Origin: Pyrinomonadaceae bacterium
GTDB lineage: Bacteria; Acidobacteriota; Blastocatellia; Pyrinomonadales; Pyrinomonadaceae
Direction of reading: 5' to 3'
Length of the DNA stretch: 39,523 bases
Assembly: GCA_039920905.1 (NCBI GenBank)
Contig: JBDSCV010000214.1
Span: 1 to 39,523, forward strand
Below, piece after piece: positions 35,368-39,523 of the stretch (position 1 is the first letter of the stretch; every line of letters begins with the position of its first letter). The notes below the pieces were generated by a model. That model ran no database searches and was not told the DNA's origin. It worked only from the letters and a program-made list of their open reading frames with translations. The position numbers were made by a program, and so were the translations under genes.

Positions 35368-36132
35368 ATGAAGAAGAAACTGGTTCTTAAAATAGGTACC
35401 TCGACGCTAACGAACGGTACGAAATTGATCTCGCGCGGAAAGATCGAGGACATCGGACGGCAGATACTTGAGCTGCGTGATGAATATGACATCGTCCTAG
35501 TCTCGTCCGGCGCCATCGCGGCCGCAAAGCAGCATATCAACATCAAAGACGCCGGAAAACCGGTCGAATCGAAACAGGCTATGGCCGCCATCGGCCAGCC
35601 GCTGCTGATGCGGACCTATAACGAGATATTCAGTGATTTTGGAATTCCAACGGCTCAATGCCTGATGACCTATCGCGATTTTGAAAACGAAATTTCACGC
35701 CAAAACACGCTCAACACTATCACTGAGCTGATTAAATATTCCTACGTCCCGATCATCAACGAAAACGACACAACGGCAGTCGAGGAGATCCTTTTAGGCG
35801 ATAACGACAACCTCTCAGCCCTCGTTGCCGTGTTGATCTCGGCTGACCTGCTTGTCCTGGCCAGCGACATCGACGGCCTCTTCGACAAAAACCCGCATCT
35901 ACACAAGGACGCGAAACTAATCCTCGAAATCAAAAATATCGACCAGGCCAAAACCCTCATCGAGGAGCGCGACTCCGATCTTGGCACCGGCGGCATGAAC
36001 TCAAAACTCGAAGCCGCTATGCTCTGCCAACGCGAAAATATCGAAACCTGGATAGTCGGCGGCGGGCAAAATAATTTTTTGATTGATGTGTTTGCCGGAA
36101 ACCGGCACTTTACAAAATTTCTTGTGAAATGA
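35368..36132 (+). CDS. proB: glutamate 5-kinase (short form without PUA domain)
   Basis: MKKKLVLKIGTSTLTNG.., VSSGAIAAAKQ, INENDTTAVEE, LGDNDNLSALVA, GTGGMNSKLEAA. At 254 aa there is no C-terminal PUA domain. Confidence 0.9.
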   Translation: MKKKLVLKIGTSTLTNGTKLISRGKIEDIGRQILELRDEYDIVLVSSGAIAAAKQHINIKDAGKPVESKQAMAAIGQPLLMRTYNEIFSDFGIPTAQCLMTYRDFENEISRQNTLNTITELIKYSYVPIINENDTTAVEEILLGDNDNLSALVAVLISADLLVLASDIDGLFDKNPHLHKDAKLILEIKNIDQAKTLIEERDSDLGTGGMNSKLEAAMLCQRENIETWIVGGGQNNFLIDVFAGNRHFTKFLVK

Positions 36133-36144
36133 TCTTTTTACTCT

Positions 36145-36663
36145 CTAATAAGGAAAGACTTCGACCTTCGTCACAACGCCCTTTTTTATCCGAACTACCC
36201 ATATAACACCAAATTCCACCTCAAGCAGCGGCCGGAAAATCTCTTTTTTTGTGAGTAAATTAGCAAGCGCCGGAATGGTGTTGCTGTGGCCGACGATGAG
36301 GTAATGGTCGGTTCTGCTCAGCATTATCTTGTCGATTAGTTCGGCGGGCTTTGCAGCATCATAGATCTGGATCGCCTTTTTGCGGTAGGCTGCTATCGGT
36401 TCCGCAGTTTGTCGCGTGCGCTTATAGTCTGTCGCAAATATCTCGTGAGATTTGTATTTTTTCACCGCATTCATTAGCCGAACAGCTCGCTCGCGACCCT
36501 CAACCGACAATTCCGGATCGCCCTTATCCATATCGGTAGCGGTACTCTTTTCAGCATGACGGAGGAGGACAATTGTCTTGTTCTGTGCCAAAATCGTGCC
36601 GCTTATGCACAACATAAGGACAGCAGACACTAACAAAGATAGACCACGCTTTATTTTATTCAT
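36145..36663 (-). CDS. secreted histidine phosphatase (SixA/phosphoglycerate-mutase superfamily) protein
   Basis: 172 aa with a signal peptide (LLVSAVLMLCISGTILA). It has the RHG-type motif IVLLRHAEKS and a second catalytic His in LIVGHSNTI. Confidence 0.8.
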   Translation of the reverse strand: MNKIKRGLSLLVSAVLMLCISGTILAQNKTIVLLRHAEKSTATDMDKGDPELSVEGRERAVRLMNAVKKYKSHEIFATDYKRTRQTAEPIAAYRKKAIQIYDAAKPAELIDKIMLSRTDHYLIVGHSNTIPALANLLTKKEIFRPLLEVEFGVIWVVRIKKGVVTKVEVFPY

Positions 36664-36718
36664 TGCTGAGGACTAGAAACCGATCTCAACGAGAACGACA
36701 CCAGTCGTCGTATCGGTT

Positions 36719-36808
36719 TCAATCTTTTTTAGTAAAACAGGGACAAGTAATTGGAGTGTTTCTAACTTGTTGTTTGAGCGGCAGATTTTCGTCAATTAAG
36801 ATTTTCAT
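36719..36808 (-). pseudogene. truncated remnant of a DUF5615 (PIN-like, Mut7-C type) toxin-like gene
   Basis: A 29-codon ORF, not in the track, overlaps the end of the DUF433 gene. It reads MKILIDENLPLKQQVRNTPITCPCFTKKD*. MKILIDENLP is the characteristic DUF5615 N-terminus, but full-length members are about 110 aa. Confidence 0.45.
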
Positions 36809-37016
36809 TCACGATCTGCCCGTTGCTGAATAGTTGCGAGGCCATTTTCATAACATCAGCAACCTGCTCTTTAGTGACCGTAGGATAGTTTTCGAGAAAT
36901 GAATCCAGTTTGTCATCTTCAAGATAGTCAAACAAGATCGCAACCGGAACCCGTGTACCACGAAACACCGGGATTCCACTCATTATTTCCTTGTCTACAT
37001 TGATCGCGTTATTCAT
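36792..37016 (-). CDS. DUF433 domain-containing protein (antitoxin-like)
   Basis: 74 aa. IMSGIPVFRGTRVPVAILFDYLEDD..FLENYPTVTKEQV is the typical DUF433 pattern. Its ATG overlaps the stop of the upstream gene (ATGAATAA). Confidence 0.8.
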   Translation of the reverse strand: MNNAINVDKEIMSGIPVFRGTRVPVAILFDYLEDDKLDSFLENYPTVTKEQVADVMKMASQLFSNGQIVNENLN

Positions 37017-37959
37017 GAGAAAATTTTAGCACTAATCTTATTCCAAAAAACATGATTACTTCTTGTAGAAAGCTGGGATAAGTTTTCACCCTTGTCGCGA
37101 TTCTCTTATGAACCGCCCCAGTTTCGTAATTCGCAGCTTCTTTATCGGTTTTGTATTCTCCTTTAAATCTATACATTAAATCCCCGAGCGGCCCCTTTAC
37201 ACGCGCAAACACGAGCCGACTTACTGTGCCATCGTTCAACATATTATCAAAATGTTTGCGAGCTTCGTCGGGCTTGATGCACAACTCCGTAATCGTTTCA
37301 TCATCGGGTGATATGCTGTTTTTCCAATCTTTGTTGGGATAAAGCTTGGGAAAACATAAACGTTTTCCTGTTTCACTGGGATGTGCGACCCAAGCTGTTT
37401 GAAGACCGTAGTATTTACGTCAAAAACAACTTGCAGCACCCGAAATAGTTCTGAAAGCTACATCTTCTGAGGCATCTATGTAACCATTCTTGATGTACGT
37501 CTCAGGATTTTGCTCGGCCTCCAAATCCCAAGATTTGAAATCCCCAGACGCATTCTTTTCCGCTATTTTTAACTTTATGAAAGTAACTATTTCATCAATT
37601 TGCCTATTTACTTCGTCGATTCCACAGTTCACTTTCACGTGCTTGAACACATGTTTAGTCGCATTGATTATGTCCTTTTCCCAAATCTGATCAAGTTCGA
37701 CCTGACCTAAGTGATGAGCCTCGTCAGTTTCAATTTGAATGCCCAGTTGCGGCAAATACAAATCCGTCATTGCTCGCCTGCCGTCGGGTCTGCCCACATA
37801 CTCTTGAGTAATACACTTGATTTTTGAATCTAGAAGAAGGTGCCAAATCCTCGTTACGCATAATGTTCGTATCGTTTCTTTTGGGCCTTTCCAAATTGTC
37901 GAGCGATAAATTCCAGCTTGTCCATAGGGTTCCTTTTTTAAATTGAGGTCATTTATCAA
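37009..37959 (-). pseudogene. PvuRts1I/AbaSI-family modification-dependent restriction endonuclease gene with one in-frame TGA
   Basis: Track ORFs 37420..37959 and 37009..37284 are in the same frame, and 951 nt is 317 codons. The whole frame is open except for the TGA at 37422-37420. TDLYLPQLGIQIETDEAHH (a Vsr-like nuclease core) and SRLVFARVKGPLGDLMYRFKGEYKTDK..HKRIATRVKTY resemble the conserved blocks of PvuRts1I as I remember them. The gene starts at a TTG 5 nt after the glcD stop, and the region is clearly AT-rich. Confidence 0.6.
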
Positions 37960-37964
37960 TCATA

Positions 37965-39389
37965 TCAAACAAACATCTTGCCCGGATTGAGAATGCCGTT
38001 TGGGTCGAAGACTTTTTTTATTCCCTTCATTATTTCGAGCGTAGGTTTGTCGATGGCGTAGTCGAGGTATTGGGCCTTGACGTAGCCGATGCCGTGTTCG
38101 CCGGATATGGTGCCGCCGAGGGCGACGGAAAGTTGAAATGTCTCCGAGACGCATTCGCGGGCACGAGCGATGGCGTCGGGATCGTCGCGGTCGATGACGA
38201 AATTGACGTGGATATTGCCGTCACCGGCGTGGCCGAAATTGGCGACGAATGTGTTGTGCTTTTTGCCGATCTGCTCGATCCTCGCGACGAGTTCCGGTAC
38301 TTTGGAACGAGGGACGACCACGTCTTCATTGATCTTGAGTGTTCCGTATTTCATCAGGCTGGGCGAAATTGCACGCCGGACGTCCCAGAGCTTGTCTTCG
38401 TCTTCTTTTGATTTGGCACGAAGAATATCAAAACCGCCGTTCTCGCCAATGATGCGTTCGATGGTTTCGGCATTTTTGGCAACCTCATCGTTTGATCCAT
38501 CGACCGCAACGAGCAAGATCGCCTCGGCATCTTTGGACAAACCGAAAGCAAAATTCTCTTCAACGGCGGCGACACAAAATTTGTCTATGACCTCCATAGC
38601 CATCGGGAGCAAACCCTCGGGCGTGAATTTGGTAAGTACCTTGCACGCCGCCTCCATTGAGCGAAAATTCGCCCGCACGGTCGAGGTCGCTTCGGGCATC
38701 GGGAGCAGTTTAAGCGTTGCCTCGGTAATAATGCCGAGCATCCCCTCGCTGCCGCACATCAGCCCCGTGAGGTCGAATCCGACGACGTTTTTGACCGTCT
38801 TGCCGCCCGTGCAAATGACCTCGCCGGTGGCGGTCACAACCTCTAAACCGAGAACATGATGCTTGGTCACGCCATATTTTGGAGTCCGCATACCACCCGC
38901 GTTTTCTGCAATGTTGCCGCCGATGAACGAGTCTTTATAGCTCGCCGGGTCGGGAGCAAACATCAGGCCATGCTTTTCGACAGCTTGTTGTAATTCAAAC
39001 GTCGTGATTCCCGGTTGGCAAATGGCGTACAGATCATCGACGCTGATCTCGATGATCTTGTTCATACGGTCAGTCCCGATCACGATCCCACCGTCCACCG
39101 GAACTGCCCCGCCCGTATAACCAACGCCGCCACCGCGAGCCGTGACGGGGAACAAATATTCATTGGCGAGTTTTAATATCGCGGCGATCTGAGCAGTCGA
39201 TTCGGGAAAGACAACGGCTTCGGGCGGGAATTTTTCCTTGACGGCGTCGGCACCATACGGCTCGACCTTTACCGGATCTATGACCACATTCTCGTCACCG
39301 ACAATTCGGCGCAATGCGTCAAGGATCTCCGGCTTTGACGCATTGGTGGTTGCCCTGCCTTTTGAATTGAAATGGATCGATTCGAACAT
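37965..39389 (-). CDS. FAD-binding oxidoreductase, GlcD / D-lactate dehydrogenase family
   Basis: VVFPESTAQIAAILKLANEYLFPVTARGGGVGYTGGAVP is the FAD-binding PCMH domain, and the C-terminus is GGTISGEHGIGYVKAQYL..DPNGILNPGKMF. I prefer the ATG at 39389 over the track's TTG at 39452. Confidence 0.88.
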   Translation of the reverse strand: MFESIHFNSKGRATTNASKPEILDALRRIVGDENVVIDPVKVEPYGADAVKEKFPPEAVVFPESTAQIAAILKLANEYLFPVTARGGGVGYTGGAVPVDGGIVIGTDRMNKIIEISVDDLYAICQPGITTFELQQAVEKHGLMFAPDPASYKDSFIGGNIAENAGGMRTPKYGVTKHHVLGLEVVTATGEVICTGGKTVKNVVGFDLTGLMCGSEGMLGIITEATLKLLPMPEATSTVRANFRSMEAACKVLTKFTPEGLLPMAMEVIDKFCVAAVEENFAFGLSKDAEAILLVAVDGSNDEVAKNAETIERIIGENGGFDILRAKSKEDEDKLWDVRRAISPSLMKYGTLKINEDVVVPRSKVPELVARIEQIGKKHNTFVANFGHAGDGNIHVNFVIDRDDPDAIARARECVSETFQLSVALGGTISGEHGIGYVKAQYLDYAIDKPTLEIMKGIKKVFDPNGILNPGKMFV

Positions 39390-39492
39390 TTTGCTTGAAT
39401 TCAATCGTAGCAAATTTAACAAAAACACGACATTTCTGATAAACTCACTCAAATTTCTTAAATATCAATTAACCGAACAGGAGCCGACCAGA

Positions 39493-39523
39493 ATGAGCGA
39501 ACAGGACAAGGAACCAATCCGAT
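39493..39523 (+). CDS. start of an unidentified ORF running off the window
   Basis: The ATG at 39493 is preceded by CAGGAG, and it reads MSEQDKEPIR.. . Only 10 codons are visible. Confidence 0.3.
   Translation, partial: MSEQDKEPIR

Noticed and set aside
37420-37422. The in-frame TGA in the PvuRts1I-like gene read as selenocysteine or programmed read-through.
   Set aside because: The position corresponds to a Gly in the family as I recall it. It is not near a redox Cys motif, and only a weak 4-bp hairpin follows the TGA. A nonsense mutation is the simpler explanation.
1-39523. CRISPR arrays, tRNA/rRNA genes, IS elements, integrases and prophage structural genes.
   Set aside because: I looked through every intergenic region over 90 bp and all ORF translations and found none. 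The only repeats are the short phased motif arrays reported above.

Overview
About 39.5 kb of a moderately GC-rich bacterial chromosome. It is probably Acidobacteriota, an inference from two tandem VWA proteins of the type I recognise as the acidobacterial VWFA-related family. Most of the window is housekeeping: RNR large subunit (partial), mazG, serS, galU, a tamB/Omp85 pair, ribB-like, lepA, phosphomannomutase, proA/proB and a glcD-like gene. Accessory modules sit between these genes.

The most interesting candidate is a tight four-gene minus-strand operon at 20338-25592. It encodes a secreted DUF4331 protein, a TPR protein and two His-rich NicO-type membrane proteins, and looks like an uncharacterised metal (Ni/Co/Cu) handling system.

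Other notable items:
- Two arrays of 9-bp-phased (A/G)AGTC motifs flank a DUF1844 gene.
- The RibB-RibA fusion has a degenerate GTP cyclohydrolase II half (RibBX-like) and is translationally coupled to tamB.
- There are two clusters of membrane-anchored stress-type proteins of unknown function.
- There is a mazEF pair.
- A decaying VOC-VOC-AraC module carries one frameshift and two in-frame stops.
- An AT-rich islet holds a PvuRts1I-like modification-dependent endonuclease gene interrupted by one in-frame TGA, overlapped by a DUF433 gene and a truncated DUF5615 remnant.

I saw no rRNA, tRNA, CRISPR array, transposase or integrase. All family names come from reading the translations by eye. No database search was run.
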